Shown here: piece by piece, positions 27,697 to 42,355 of the stretch
Position numbering within the stretch: position 1 is the stretch's first letter
How the letters are laid out: every line of letters begins with the position of its first letter
Assembly: GCF_006345805.1 (NCBI RefSeq)
Contig: NC_043009.1
Coordinates: 29,140,001 to 29,204,000 of the forward strand
Length of the DNA stretch: 64,000 nucleotides
Direction of reading: 5' to 3'
DNA from: Octopus sinensis
Lineage: Eukaryota
Notes under the pieces: model-generated
What the model was told of the DNA's origin: nothing
Seen by the model: the letters and a program-made list of their open reading frames with translations, nothing else
The model's database searches: none
Translations under genes and position numbers: made by a program

Positions 27697-28461
27697 AAAT
27701 ATCTCTCAGTATTTGTTTTGTGCTTCAATTATATAGTTTCACAGAAATGACACAGGACTGAGGCAACTGATGATTTGCTTTGCTTGAGAAATCATAAAGG
27801 TATGTCCCATATATCCATAGTCCCTGCTCTCTAACAACCCATCTTTCCCCACACACTTGCCCCTTCCACCACCCATGACCAGCACTTCTGTATCCCTTCC
27901 TCTCTATCCTTGCTAGACCATCTACCTACAGAATGGATGTCACTGACGAGTCTCTTCCCCACAGCATATGCTCCTAACAGCCCTCCCCCTACTTGTGCCC
28001 ACTCATTACATTCCCACCCTCACCAACTCTAATCCTCCTTTTCAAATCTTATGGAATCACCCTTCCATTCACCCTCAATACCACTTTACTATATACACCT
28101 CCCTGTAACTTGGGTGCATGGTCACTGGACCCTCCCCATTACACCTTCCCCAACTTCTCTCTCTCTCTCCTTACCTAAGGTAGCCTTGTTTCTCATCTAA
28201 CTCAAGACACCTTATTTTGCCCCTTAATTCTTATCCCTCCCCAACAGTTGAGGAATCTTGTCCTGCAAGTTACTTGGCGACCTCACTGGTGCTGGTGCCA
28301 CATAAAAAAGCACCCGGGACACTTTGTTAAGTAATTGGTCTTCAGAAGGGCATCCAGCTTCAGAAACCATATCCAAACACACAGAAGAGCTTCGTGCAGT
28401 CTTCTGACTTGTTAGTTCTTGTTAAGCCATCCAGCTCATGTCCAGCATAGAAGATGGACAT

Positions 28462-28519
<58 letters not shown>

Positions 28520-29101
28520 CGACGATGATGAAGGTGGTGGTGGAGTGGTAGTAGTGGTTGTGGTGGTGGTGATGGTGATGATCATGGTAAGGATGATCAT
28601 CAATATAATAGTGAAGTGTTGCTGAATAGATAAGTAGCTTGCTGTGTAAGCCAACCACAAACCCAGGTTCAATCCTGCTGCACTGCAGTTTCTCATATAT
28701 TCTGTGAGCAAAATGGATGAGTTGGAAACTATAGAGAAGCCCTTCACATTGATTATGTCTTTAACTGAAATTCTACCACTTTGTTGTACACTCGGTCATG
28801 TTTATTCTGTAGGTCTCTCTCTCTCTTGGGCTGTATGTATGTGGATGTGTGTGTGTGTTTGTTCGTTCTATTTCATTTTATCTAAGTTTCTTGCAAAATT
28901 TGAAGACAACTGAACTAAGGAATAATTTCTTCACTTCTTCTGACTAAACTTATTATCATTGCCAATATCCTATTCAGTACACTGCCAAAAACATTCTATT
29001 CACATATGCATGTGTATGTGTGTGTGTGTATTATTATATATATATATACATACGCACATATATATTTACATACACACTCACAGACCAACATAAATGTGTG
29101 C

Positions 29102-29146
<45 letters not shown>

Positions 29147-29274
29147 GCATGTATCCATCTATCAACTTATCTATCTATCAATATATATACATATATATAT
29201 ACACACACTTATAAATATATATATAATATATGTATATGTATATATATATATATATGTGTATATATACATACATA

Positions 29275-29308
<34 letters not shown>

Positions 29309-29586
29309 GACAGATGGATAGATAAAAAGTTAGATATATACATATGTACATGTATACCTAGTTTTATATGTACATATATTTCTGTGCATTTTAATCTTGA
29401 GTGGACATGCAAGGTCAGATTTTATAGAATTTGTCTTCCATTCGAGGTGTCAATCACAAGCATTTAATCTTTATCAACATTAAATCCGGATTATCTTCAA
29501 ATTCCCAGAAAATAATCATGTATTATTCTGTGTGTCATTCTTCCAACCGACAGTGTTATAAATGCCAATGTCATCAACACTATTGA

Positions 29587-29626
<40 letters not shown>

Positions 29627-30439
29627 GACATGTGGACTGTAACACAGCTCTGCTAAGGTACCTCTGCTTCATCACCTTTATACCAACTTCAATAACATCT
29701 CCATTCTCTCCGTTATCTCTGCTCTAACAATACCAATACTGTGATACTTCACAGTATGAGTTTAATTCATTCCAAGACCGAGCTTGTCTTATGATTTACT
29801 CGTTTTACAAATCAATTTTCCCCATTGAAATTAACTAAAATATAATTAATCCACTCCACCCCACAAAAAAAACACTCAAAAATAATTTATTGTGCGTTTT
29901 AAAACAGAAAAGGTGTAGTTACAGGTAAAATGACAATTGTAAAAAAGAGAATACTAAAGAAATACGTAAACTGGTTTTATTAACTGAATTACCTTAAAGA
30001 TAGGACAATTTGTGTGCTCATACTGCAGATTTCGGATCATACTTCACAACAAAAATTCGCATGAGTGTCGGCTTGTAGAGAAAATTACTGGTACAGTGGG
30101 GCACTCATATTGCAACGTTCTTCTGTACTAATAAATAATTGGACTAAACAACTGCTACTACTAATGCTAGTTATATTTACTAAATATTGGTTTCAAATTC
30201 TAGTGCAAGACCAACAATCTGAGGGGAGAGAAGTAAGTAAGTCTGTTACATCGCCTCCCCAGTATCCAACTGGTACTTATTTTATCGATCCCCCACCACT
30301 AAAGGATAAAAGGCAAAGCCAACTTTGGTGGAATTGGAACTCAGAATGTAAAGACTGATAAAATGGGCTGACCAAAGCCTTATGAGTGGATTTGGTAGAC
30401 GGAAACTGAAAGAAGATTGTCATATATATGTGTGTGTGT

Positions 30440-30493
<54 letters not shown>

Positions 30494-31524
30494 TTGTGTG
30501 TCTGTGTTTGTCTCCCCACCATCGCTTGACAACCGATGTTGGTGTGTTTACATCCCCGTAACTTAGTAGTTCAGCAATAGAGACCGATAGAATAAGTACT
30601 AGGCTTACAAAGAATAAGTACTGGGATCAATTTGTTTGACTAAAGGTGGTGCTCCAGCATGGCCACAGTTAAATGACTGAAACAAGTAAAAAAATAAATG
30701 AATAATGAGTGTGTGTGTGTGTGTCTCCCCACCACAGCTTGACAATTGGTGCTGGTATGTTTACTTCCCTATAACTTAGTGGTTTCACAAAAGAGACTGA
30801 CAGAATTAGTACGAACCTTTGTAAAATAAATACTGGGGTCAATACACTCGACTAAGAATTTTTAAAGGCAGTGCCCCAGCATGGCCACAGTCGAATAACT
30901 GAAACAAATAAAAGATTAAAAGATATTTTTATTTGCAAATATATAACAACTCACATTGCTTTATTTACCAAACGGGGTTTCCCTGTTGATACTTTTCCGG
31001 AAGCCACCAACGTCTGTCCCCTCTATACCTTAAATGTAGCATCTGGTTCAAAACCACACTCCTTCAATATCACCCCCCTAATTCCCTCCCTTCCATTTGA
31101 GGGGCTCTTGTCTTGTAAAGTGTTTGGTGATCCTATTTATGCTGGTTCCACATAAATGGCACTGGTGCTGGTGCTGGTGCCCACATAAAAAAAACAGCAC
31201 CCAGTAACACTCTGCCAAATGGTCAGCATTGGAAAGGGCATCCAGATGTAGAAACCCTGTCAAAAGAGACTGTGGAACACGGTACAGCTCCTGTTGGACT
31301 GTCTAACCCATGCCAGCATGAAACATGACAGTTAAATGATGATGATGATGACGATGACGATGACGACGACGACGATGATGATGATGATGATGACGATGAT
31401 GATGATGACGATGATGATGATGGTGATGATTGAAAAGGCCTCTGGTTTAGGCTGGAGAAATGCATTATGGGAGAAAAGAAATATAACCAAACAGCAACCG
31501 TTTGAGGGGAAAGTGTAAGCAATA

Positions 31525-32552
31525 TAATGATTGTGTTTAATGGTTCTTAGTAAATATTATTAGATATTATTCTTTCTTTCTACTGATACATAACAATGTC
31601 TTGAAATGTTATCCTTCCATGTAATAGGTCATTTTGCATGTATGCTTTTGTTAGCATGGAAATATGGCATTCATTTATACAAAACAACGGAATGAATACT
31701 AGTGTTTAAGCAAAAAATATTCATTACCTGAAATTAAAATTAAATAAAGCAAATTTCTCATTTGTTTATTTACAAGGTGCATGGCTTCGTGGTTAGAGTT
31801 ATTCACTCACGATTCTAAGGTTGCAAGTTTGATTCCTGGTGGCGCTTCACTTGAGCCAGACACTTTATTTCATATTGCTTCAGTCCACTCATCTGGCAAA
31901 AATGAGTAGTACCCATATTTCAAAGGGCCAGCCTTGTCACACTCTGTGTCATGCTGAATCTCCCTGAGAACTACATTAAGGGTACACATGTCTGTGGAGT
32001 ACTCAGCCACTTGCACATTAATTTCATAAGTAATGATTGTGTTTAATGGTTCTTAGTAAATATTATTAGATATTATTCTTTCTTTCTACTGATACATAAC
32101 AATGTCTTGAAATGTTATCCTTCCATGTAATAGGTCATTTTGCATGTAGGCTTTTGATAGCATGGAAATATGGCATTCATTTATACAAAACAACGGAATG
32201 AATACTAGTGTTTAAGCAAAAATATTTATTACCTGAAAATAAAATTAAATAAAGCAAATTTCTCATTTGTTTATTTGCAAGGTGCATGGCTTCATGGTTA
32301 GAGTTATTCACTCACGATTCTAAGGTTGCAAGTTTGATTCCTAGTAGAACGATTCCTGGTGGCACTTCACTTGAGCCAGACACTTTATTTCATATTGCTT
32401 CAGTCCACTCATCTGGCAAAAATGAGTAGTACCCATATTTCAAAGGGCCAGCCTTGTCACACTCTGTGTCAGGCTGAATCTCCCTGAGAACTACATTAAG
32501 GGTACACATGTCTGTGGAGTACTCAGCCACTTGCACATTAATTTCATAAGTA
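31525..32552 (+). repeat. Recent tandem duplication, units of ~506 and ~520 bp
   Basis: Unit starts TAATGATTGTGTTTAATGG at 31525 and 32031; the copies differ by a few substitutions and a 15-bp insertion in copy 2. Confidence 0.93.
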
Positions 32553-33149
32553 GTTCCATATCGTTGTATCTGACGGAGTGCCATGTTTACAATAGATATG
32601 TTATATGTAATTATTTTTCTAAATTTCATTGACATAATTGTAATTTATTCCATTGCAAATCTATCTCTACAAAACCTGAACTCCTTCCAAAGCTATTTCA
32701 TCATTTACTCCCTCTCCTTGTCTTTCCCTATGACACCTCCTCTCTCACTGTGTATGTAGCATTCCTTTACTGCCACCAAGCCTAGTATGTGCACTCATCT
32801 GACACCTCTTGTGTTATCACTCTGTGTCTCTTTTACTCTTTCTACCCATGTCTCTATATGATGTAAAGTACGACTAGAGTAATTAACCAGCCAACATTCA
32901 TATTGGCTATTAGCTTCATATCATGCTGACAATTCCAAACAAGGATAAAATGGTGCTATATATGGCTGTTCATGACTAGAAACTAGAAGAGCTTTACAAC
33001 ATGTAGAAAAAATATTAAATGTGTGTGCTGTGTACACCTCATTTATTCTGTGATGTAAATTCCAAACTTTCAAATCTGCCACTATCTAAGTTAATCCAAA
33101 AGAGATTATCTCCCTACCAGGGGAACACTATGTGGTTGAACTTTTACCT

Positions 33150-33660
33150 ACAGTTATTCAATTATTCTGCATTTTTGTGTAATCAAATCTTCAACTCCCA
33201 ATTCTGTATTCTTGTTACTTTAAACAAAAATTCTATAATTCAATATCATTAATAACCTTTTATCTATTATTCAACCATTCTTTATTCTTACTTGTTCACT
33301 CAAATTCTACATTTCCTAATTCTTTATTCTTGCTTGCTTAATCACATTTTACAATTCACTATCTATCTTAACTCTTTACTCATTATTTAAATATTCTCTA
33401 TTTTTGCTCATTTAATCAAATTCTACAAACCCAAAGTCTGTGTTTTTCTTCGTTTAATCAAATTCTACAATTCGATAACTCTATTCAAGACTTCAATACT
33501 TTTATTCAACCATTCTCTATTCCTGTTTGTTTAAGCAAATTCTACATTTTAATGTTTCTTATTTTGAATAATCTTTTATATGTTATTATTCAATTAAACC
33601 GTATTCTAGTTTGTTTAATCAACTTCTACAATCCACAATTCTTTAATTATCTAATTTTAT
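33150..33660. repeat. Old degenerate minisatellite
   Basis: The motif TTTAATCAAATTCTACAA and variants recur ~8 times at alternating ~40 and ~75 bp spacing. Confidence 0.65.
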
Positions 33661-33925
33661 TCCATGTATATTAGGTTGTTTTATGTTTTATTTTTTTTTT
33701 TCTTTGCTGTTGTTCCAGAAGCTCCATAATTCATTTGTTTATTTGTTTATCATTTGGAAATATGCTATCAGCTCAATCTGGTTTATTTGAATCATAATCT
33801 TGAAAAGCTATCTCATTGTTGTGTTTATTATACACGACTGAAGTATGACATACATATATACATGCATATGTGTATGTGTATGCGTGTATGTATGTATATG
33901 TATGTATATACATACATATATATAT

Positions 33926-33976
<51 letters not shown>

Positions 33977-34568
33977 ATATGTATGTATATACATACATAT
34001 ATATATATATATACATGCATACATATGTATATGCATGCATAATTACAGACATACAGAAATGCATACATACACACATACATATGTATATATATTTGTATAT
34101 AAATACACACATACATAATGCTACCTATATTTATACATGCATATATGCATACACACATTACACACACACATACATACATACAAATGAACATATTTACATA
34201 TGTACATACTTACATACTTACATAGGTTCTTACTAACTTACATATATGTACACTTATGTATAAACAATCCTGATTGTAAATCTAGAAAATATTTGAAACA
34301 TGTTTCTGCTACATTTTATTATATTTCAAAGTAACTAAAAAGTAAAATAAATAAAATAGCAATAACAATAACGCTAAAACGATAACGAATAAATAAATAT
34401 ATAGAAGGAAAATGTTTTGATTGGATGTTTAACCAGATAAAATGGGACAGGAACATGAATGCACATGTTACAAAAGGCTTGTGTAGAGTACAAGTGCAAC
34501 AGCAGCAACGGCGACTGTGGTGACAACAACATGTGTGTATGTGGATAGACAAACAAATATCAAGGAAG

Positions 34569-34602
<34 letters not shown>

Positions 34603-34693
34603 CAACAACAACTCATAGCAATAACTGGAACAACATATAACAACAGCAACAACAACAGAACTGACGACAGCATTGATGATGATGACAACTATA

Positions 34694-34735
<42 letters not shown>

Positions 34736-34956
34736 GTGGTGGTGGGGGTGGTGGTGGTGGTGGTGGTGGTGATGGTGATGATGGAGATGAGGATTGGGGT
34801 GGTGGTGGTGGTGGTGGTCGGGATGATAGATACAATTCATAATATTCTGCAATATACATAAGTACATACATAAATGTGTGAGTATATATGTATATGTGTA
34901 TGTATATATATAATCTATATTATATATATATATATAAGTACTTATATATATATATT

Positions 34957-34994
<38 letters not shown>

Positions 34995-35059
34995 TGACAT
35001 ATATATTTATATGCACACACATATGTATATACATGTATATATATTTATGTATGCATGTA

Positions 35060-35096
<37 letters not shown>

Positions 35097-37739
35097 CACA
35101 CACACTCACAGAGTTCAGGAAAGGGGATGTTGATAATTGCACAGAAAAATCTCATAATTGAATATAGATTTTTATTCTTTTACTTTTAGCCTATGTTACT
35201 TTTGATAACATTAATAACATAAGTTCTTTACGAAGCCTCTTCTTCCTCTTCCATCTCCTCCTCTTCCTTCCTCATCCTCATCCTTCGTTTTTGTCTTCTT
35301 CTATTCTCCTCTCCATTCAACACGATTCCAAAAATGCATTATAGAAACAATACACAGGTCACTTATGAAATGGAGAATAGATACGCATTGTTTGTGGTTA
35401 AAAGCTCAGAGAGGAGTTTGTATTTATACTTATTTTCGTTTTTTTTTTACCCCTTCAGGAAATTTTTACCTTATTTATTTATTTTTTAGCTCTCCAACAT
35501 TACTGTCGCATTTACCAAAAGAAGGAAAAGAAAGAAGGAAGCAAAAACAAAACTAAAAAAAAATAATACACAAGAACAAACACTGGGGTAGTAAGAGACC
35601 AAAAATAAAAAAAAATAAAAAATAAAAATAAATAAATAACAATTGGCAAAGCAGCACATTAATCTCCTAGGAATTACCAAATAAAAGATATTTATGACGG
35701 AATAATAATTAACAGAAAAGATACCGTATGAAATATTATTCCAAATAAAACCATATTTTCTGTTGTTTGCGATTTAAAAAACAACAAGAAAAATACAAAG
35801 AAAGGAGAGAAACAAAACATACCAAGGAAATATTTCAGTATTTCCTAGTGGAGGTTTGGTTGGAATGGTCGGTGCTCTATATTCCATTAGGAGGCTCTTT
35901 TGTATATAAACAAAGCACTTTTCATCTAAAACAATACGTGCGAACTGCAATTTGGTAAAATATGTGACCATTTCTATAGAATAGAAGTGATAAATTATTG
36001 GTGAATAATCTCTGAGACTCAGGTTTCGATTTTCACTGAGTTCTATTTCCGTTCTTTACATTTTATTTATTCTTACTAACAGCTTGAGAAATGCATGAAC
36101 ATCTCATAATCTTGCTCTTTTAGTTTCTCTTATGAATCAGTGGTCTTCTATCTTTGCAAAGAAAAATTATTTGTTATTTTGTGATGACTGGTGTTTAGTC
36201 ACAATACAGTTGTACCTCGATTATTCAAATAAAAGACTGGGAGAGTTTTGATCAGATTCCTGGTCTTAAATATTGATCTGCTTCGAAAACAAGGAACATA
36301 ATTATTGGTTCCAAATTTTGGCATGAGGCCAGTCATTCCAGGAAAGGATAAATTGATTACATCAACCCCTCAGTGCTCAACTGATACTTATTTTATCGAC
36401 CCTGAAAGAATTTTATCTTATCGACCCTGAAAGCAAAGCCAGCCTTGGCTGAATTTGAACTCAGAACACAAAGGTGGATGAAATGCCACTAAGCAGTTTG
36501 CCAGACATGATAACGATTCTGTCATTTGATTGCCCTCATGCTGATCATAATTATTAAAAACAACTTATTCACAGAAATTTTGTCATTCAATAGATAAAAG
36601 TTTGTATTTTTTGTGTTATTTTCTGGTGCCTTTTCATGTTGGCCCAAATACTGTAAAATCCTAGCTTTTTATTCACTTCCCAAGAGTGTCTGGTTTACCT
36701 GTAGCTGTGCCCAGAATGAAATTTTAGAGTGATAAAGAGACCTATGATTGTGCTAAACTTTTAAATACTTCCTTATGTCAACTTATACACAAAGCAACAA
36801 GAAACACACACACACACACAACACGGATAGAATGACAAATGTTAATCAGGACATACATAAATGTATTTACACACATACACACTCATGTATACATATTACA
36901 ATATAAATATTTACTGTTATTGCACGTATGAGAGAGAGAGAGATATATATTACATAACTTGATATTATTATTTAATTCATCATCAAAGAACAATGGACAC
37001 AGAACAAAATACCATGATACAGTTATCAAGCTTTTGAGTACAAATGTTGCGTGAATGAACTGTATTATTTATTATTCTGGGTGAATAGAAATGAATGCCA
37101 GTTATATTGTTATCGCTGTCATAGTTGTCATCATTGTCGTCGTTGTCACCATCCTCATCATTATCACCATCATCATCATCATCATTGTCATCATCATCAT
37201 CATCATCATCATCATGCTGGCATGGGTTCGACAGTGTCAGGAGCTGGCAACCCAGTGGATTTCCCCAAGCTACACTGTCTGTTTTGTTATGGTCTTCACA
37301 GCTGAATGGCCTTCTTAATGCCAACCACTTTACAGAGCAGACTGAATGTCTTTTTTATGTGGCATCAGCACTGGCAAGGGCTGCTTTGGCATAGTTTCTA
37401 TGGCTGGAATTCCCTATGTGGCACCAGAATCAGTGAGTCACCAAGATCATTTCAGAGGTGGGTATTGAAGGAGAGGATTTTGTGCTACTGATGAGAGGTT
37501 GGAGTATGTCGGAGGGACACAAGCAGGTGTCTTGCTGCAGAGGAAATACATGGTTACACCAGTCAGAAAGAGAGTGAAAGAGAAAGAGGGAGGATAGGAG
37601 TAGGAAGGTCATGTAAATGTCAAGTATACACACACACACACACCACACACACACACACACCACACACACACACACACACACATATATATACATACACACA
37701 CACATATACATATATATATATTTAGCCACAACACACATC

Positions 37740-37889
37740 TTTTTCTCTCCTTGTTTTTTCTGTGTCCCTTTCTGTAGAAGAGCAGAGGCCTGAAACGTAA
37801 AAGACTTTTTCTATTCCTGAGCATTATACTAATACATCTGTTTGTTTTGTACACCACCTGTCTTCGTCTTTTGTTTTTTCGTAAACTTT

Positions 37890-37892
<3 letters not shown>
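37740..37892 (+). mobile_element. PLE pseudo-LTR-like fragment with variant hammerhead (37768-37803), between (CA)n and (TA)n
   Basis: CTTT-CTGTAGA-a-GAGC-agag-GCCT-GAAA-CG-TA-AAAG. Stem I CTTT/AAAG; core has T at position A6; stem II is decayed. Confidence 0.45.
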
Positions 37893-37962
<70 letters not shown>

Positions 37963-38376
37963 TCTGTGCTATCACCCACCATAACATATAGTCTATTGAC
38001 AATGTTAGAAATTAATACCATAGCAAATGTATTTTGTTGTTGAGACACAAATCCCATAATAAGTAATGCAGGAGCTACACCTCTAGAAAATGGGCATTGT
38101 AGAAGTATATCAACTTTAGCATTCAAATGACTATATCTGATCCAAATATTCAACCAGTTTTATATTCAAACCAGCCATATCCAGGCTCTCATGCCTAAAT
38201 ATAAACAACCATGTCTTTGAAATCATGAAGCTTTGATTAATTCAAAATAATGTGAGTGAATAAGCATTATATTCCACAGAGTTATTTGATTGGTTAAAGG
38301 ATTAAGCCAGCCTGACTGAAAGTGGCCAACTTTAAACCCCATTTTCAGCTGAGTATTAAAATTCAATAAACTTTTG

Positions 38377-38782
38377 GGATCTTTTCGGTTTGAAAGGCAG
38401 TTTTTTTAAAAATAATTTCCACGTAACTATACACTTTTAAACTTCGTATACTGGTAGAATGTGTTTATAAAACATCTTTTCTCTTGGCTTTATTGAGAAA
38501 ATTCTATAGTTTGTAAGATATTTGTTGATTTTTTTCTTCAATTTCTGCAATTTCAACCAATCAATGACGTCTATTGAGGTGAAAACATTCTGTGCCGTAT
38601 GAATATGTCCCTCGTATAAGAAACAGATTGGGTTTATTTACATTTCTGAAGAAAAAAGATACCCTCTCCCCCTAACCCTAAAACAGATTGAAATGCAATA
38701 GATCGATACTAGGATCATAATTATGGGTAACAATTTCATATGACACCACTAGAAAAAACTGCCGTTCAAACCAAAAAGATCC
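38377..38782. mobile_element. MITE with ~30-bp TIRs and 8-bp TSD (Merlin- or hAT-like)
   Basis: GGATCTTTTCGGTTTGAAAGGCAGTTTTTT ... AAAAAACTGCCGTTCAAACCAAAAAGATCC; flanks AACTTTTG / AACGTTTG. Confidence 0.85.
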
Positions 38783-38899
38783 AACGTTTGGTCAAAGTTG
38801 GTTTGATAGAGCATACTCTGCTTTGAAAGAAACTTCTGGAAGAATATTACTTTGGTGTATTAACAAGTATTTTAAGTTCCACTGTTAAAGCAAAGGTTG

Positions 38900-39410
38900 A
38901 CCTTATGAGTCTCATGATATTCTTAAACATTTTTCCCTTTCTCTAACAAGGACCCTCAACAACCCTTTTGTCCTGTCATCATTTCTTCTTCTATCATCTT
39001 TTGTCATGTCTTTCTTGGTTATGCTTTTCTTTGGCTTCTTTTAAAATTCCATTCTTTCATTCATTTCATCCAGTCACATTCATCTTTCCTCAGCACATGA
39101 CACAGCTACGTCATCCCATTTCTCTTCTCAACATGCATCACTGACTCTGTTCCCATCATTCTCCTCGGTCCTTTGACAGTTTCCTTCTCAGCAATACTCT
39201 GTTCATATACCGAACCATTCCCATTGTCATTCTTTCCACTCTTCTCTGCTGCTCAGCATTCATTCTTCATGCCACACTCCAGTGAATCATAGAATTTCTT
39301 GTACACATGCAGCATCCATTTTCCCCTTCATTTTCAATGAAATCCCTCTCTCCCTTAGCCGCAAATGTTTTACCATTCATACGATACTACAACATATTAC
39401 ATGACTCCAG
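38900..39410 (-). mobile_element. Highly degenerate RTE-like LINE fragment
   Basis: Minus-strand LCHVLRKDE and PRKT motifs. Confidence 0.45.
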
Positions 39411-39620
39411 TCTGTAGTGACAGAAAACAAACTTGATTCTTTGATCAAACTATAAAGCTTACCCTTATAAGGAAATCAAGCACAATCATTTCACAATACT
39501 GAAAGAGCTCGTTATTTACATTATTTACAATTAACGGATATTTGTCCTCATCTTGTTTGTTGTTAATACAACGTTTCGCCTGATATACTCTCCAGCCTTC
39601 ATCAGGTGTCCAAGCAGTGA

Positions 39621-39686
<66 letters not shown>

Positions 39687-39687
<1 letters not shown>

Positions 39688-39982
39688 CAGGAAATACCAG
39701 ATACCAGGAAACCAAAAAATGGCAGAAATTCAAAAGATAGTGCTCATCGGAACTGCTCATATCCTCTGCAAATTACTTTCTATGTAATCTCAAGTTTTAA
39801 AACAAACATAATTTTCGTATGTTTTTTTTTTTAGACATTCACTAGTACAACACTAAATACAAAACCAAATATATGGCACACTAGGCATAACAACAACATG
39901 AACTTCCAGCCTGTTGTCTCTTGAGGTCTCTGGGTGAGACTTGGAGCCAACTTGTACAAATGTGAAGCAAAAGTCAAACATA

Positions 39983-39985
<3 letters not shown>
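39687..39985 (+). mobile_element. R4/Dong-clade family B 3' end
   Basis: Reads IPGNQKMAEIQKIVLIGTAHILCKLLSM*, homologous to the family A C-terminus but with a different 3' UTR; (TAA)n on both sides. Confidence 0.85.
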
Positions 39986-40067
<82 letters not shown>

Positions 40068-40099
40068 AAGAAGAAGAAGAAGAAGAAGAAGAAGAAGAA

Positions 40100-40569
40100 G
40101 AAAGACCAAAACAATAAAGTTTGCTTATTGATCGACATGAGCATTCCCTGTGATCATAATATCTCAGCGAAAGAGTTTGACAAGCTCAGAAAATATAAAG
40201 ACCTGCTCATTGAAATTGAGAAAATGTGGCATCTCAAGGCGGTTACAATACCAGTGATCGTAGGAGCACTAGGAATGATCAAGAAGGGAACCGAAAATTA
40301 TATGAGAATGATCCCTGGCTTACCATCCCTGCAAGAAGTGCAAAAGATTGTCTTAAATGGTACATCACACGTATTGAGAAGAGCATTGTCGATGTGAGAA
40401 CTGTTGCTGTTCATGTATTTTAATTTAACTTTAAAAAAAAAAAAAAAAATGAACGAACTACTGAGTTTGGTTTAATGGCCTACCAATGTATACTATGAGT
40501 TTCTTTGCCCTAGGAGTCGGGAAGACACTCGGCAAGAAATGGAAGCAAATTTGAAAGAAGAAAAAAAAA

Positions 40570-40570
<1 letters not shown>
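40100..40570 (+). mobile_element. R4/Dong-clade family A, 5'-truncated 3' end
   Basis: Near-identical to the 9.4-9.9 kb copy; ORF ends QKIVLNGTSHVLRRALSM* at 40397; followed by (TAA)n. Confidence 0.92.
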
Positions 40571-40603
<33 letters not shown>

Positions 40604-42355
40604 CATCGAAAAATGCCTCAGGAATGAGAAACCTGGTTCAAAATTTCCCCAAGACACCTGATGAGGGCTGGAGGGTATATCAGCCAAAACGTTGTGTTAA
40701 CAACAAACAAGATGAGGACAAATATCCATCAAATGTAAATAATGTAAATAATGTACATAATTCCTCATCTCTTAAATATAGAACTGGACTAAAAGAGCTT
40801 TCCAAAGTTTGCTTCCCAGTCACATGATGCCAGGTTCAGTCCTGCTGTGTGGCATCTTAAGCAAGGGTTTTCTGCTATAGTCCCAGGCCAACTAATCTTG
40901 TGAAGGGATTTGGTAGACAGCAGCAGAAAGAATCCCATCATATGTGTGTGTGCGCATGCGTGCTCGTGTGTGTGTGAGCATGTGTGTGTGTAGGTTCTTG
41001 TGTTTGTACCCCACTACTGCTTGACAACTGGTTTCCTTGCATCCCCATAACTTAGCCATTTGGCATGAATGAGTGATCAAATAACTACCAGGTTTTTTTT
41101 AAAAAAGGTAAAAAATAGATATTGGTCTTAATTTGTTACATTAAAACCTTTGAAAGCATGGCTGCAGTCCAATGACTGTAACAGATCAAAGATATCATAA
41201 CAAAAAAATCCCTCAAAAAACTCCAGAAAATTCTTTTCTACTCTAGGCACAAGGCCCAAAATTTTGGGGGAGGGGGCCAGTTGATTAGATCGCCCACAGT
41301 ACACTACTGGTACTTAATTTATCAACCCCAAAAGGATGAAAGGTAAAGTCGACCTTGGTGGAATTTGAACTCAGAATGTAAAGACAGATGAAATATCGCT
41401 ACACATTTCACTGGGTGTGCTAACATTTCTGCCAGCTTACCACCTTAAAGCTCAAAAAAATTAAAACTCAAATAATTGTTATCTGCTGAGAAATAAGACT
41501 AAGATTTGAACCTAGAAGTTCTTCTTTCCTAATCAATATCTCTTCATAGTTTCTCATCTAAGCATATAAATTGTTCCAGAATTCTGTTCCGTATCTTCCC
41601 AATTATTATACTGCTGAATAAATTCTATATTCGTTATGATTCCCGTGATGAGGATAAAACGGTGGAAACATTCGTATTCGTTTCATAAAATACGTAAAGT
41701 CATTAAATGTATTGCTATTCTCATTATACACAGATCCTAATAGAGCTGACCAAATATTCTCATGGATTTGCAGCACAGTAAGATATATTATTAAGAAGCA
41801 ATATATTCTCATGGTATATATATGGCATTGTGAAATCGGCATTAATTGCAGACACGTCTTAACAAATGAGCAAAGCTTTTCTTATGATATTTTTAGAAGA
41901 ATTAGTTTTGGAATCTTCATGGCTGCTCCATCTAAAGAATGCAAGGAAACAATGAAAGCCTGATATAATATAGCTTGAAGATTCCATATGAAATAAAGGT
42001 CTTATGAAATAAATTAGTTGTAGATTTTGCGTGATTGAGTCATTAGAATTGGTGCTATGTGTATCAAGAGATCTAGGTTATAAGAAGACAGAAATTGGTT
42101 TGCAAATTTGTACAGACAGTTTTAAGACTGTAGCATCTATTAAAAATATTCTCGTACAAGCAAGTCAGATACATGTCTATCTGTCTGTCTGTTTGTCTTT
42201 ATACCTCCCTGTCAGTATAATTCTGTATCTATCTGTTTGCCATTCTGTCTATCTAACTATTCATCCATTTACCTCTCTGTCCTTCTATCCATGAATTTAA
42301 CAATGCATGCATACTTGCATTTCACTCTCTCTCTCTCTCCATGCATGTAAGTATG

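Larger units (their letters stand above)
39510..40787 (+). mobile_element. Non-autonomous PLE-type hammerhead element, insertion 2, with two Dong-type LINE fragments nested in its internal (AAT)n
   Basis: Inverted copy ~39512-39610 (HHR 39565-39610, minus strand). End of the tRNA-like head CAAGCAGTGACCTG at 39611, then (AAT)n. Forward unit 40602-40786 (HHR 40653-40698 with GAAA>AAAA). TSD ACTGAAAGAGCT 39498-39509 / ACTAAAAGAGCT 40788-40799. Confidence 0.85.

Noticed and set aside
27760-27810. CTGATGA...GAAA hammerhead-like spacing (similar partial matches at 23184, 24195 minus and 24409)
   Set aside because: Stem II closure and/or stem I is absent.
38670-38682. Telomere-like CCTAACCCTA
   Set aside because: Under two units and internal to a MITE.
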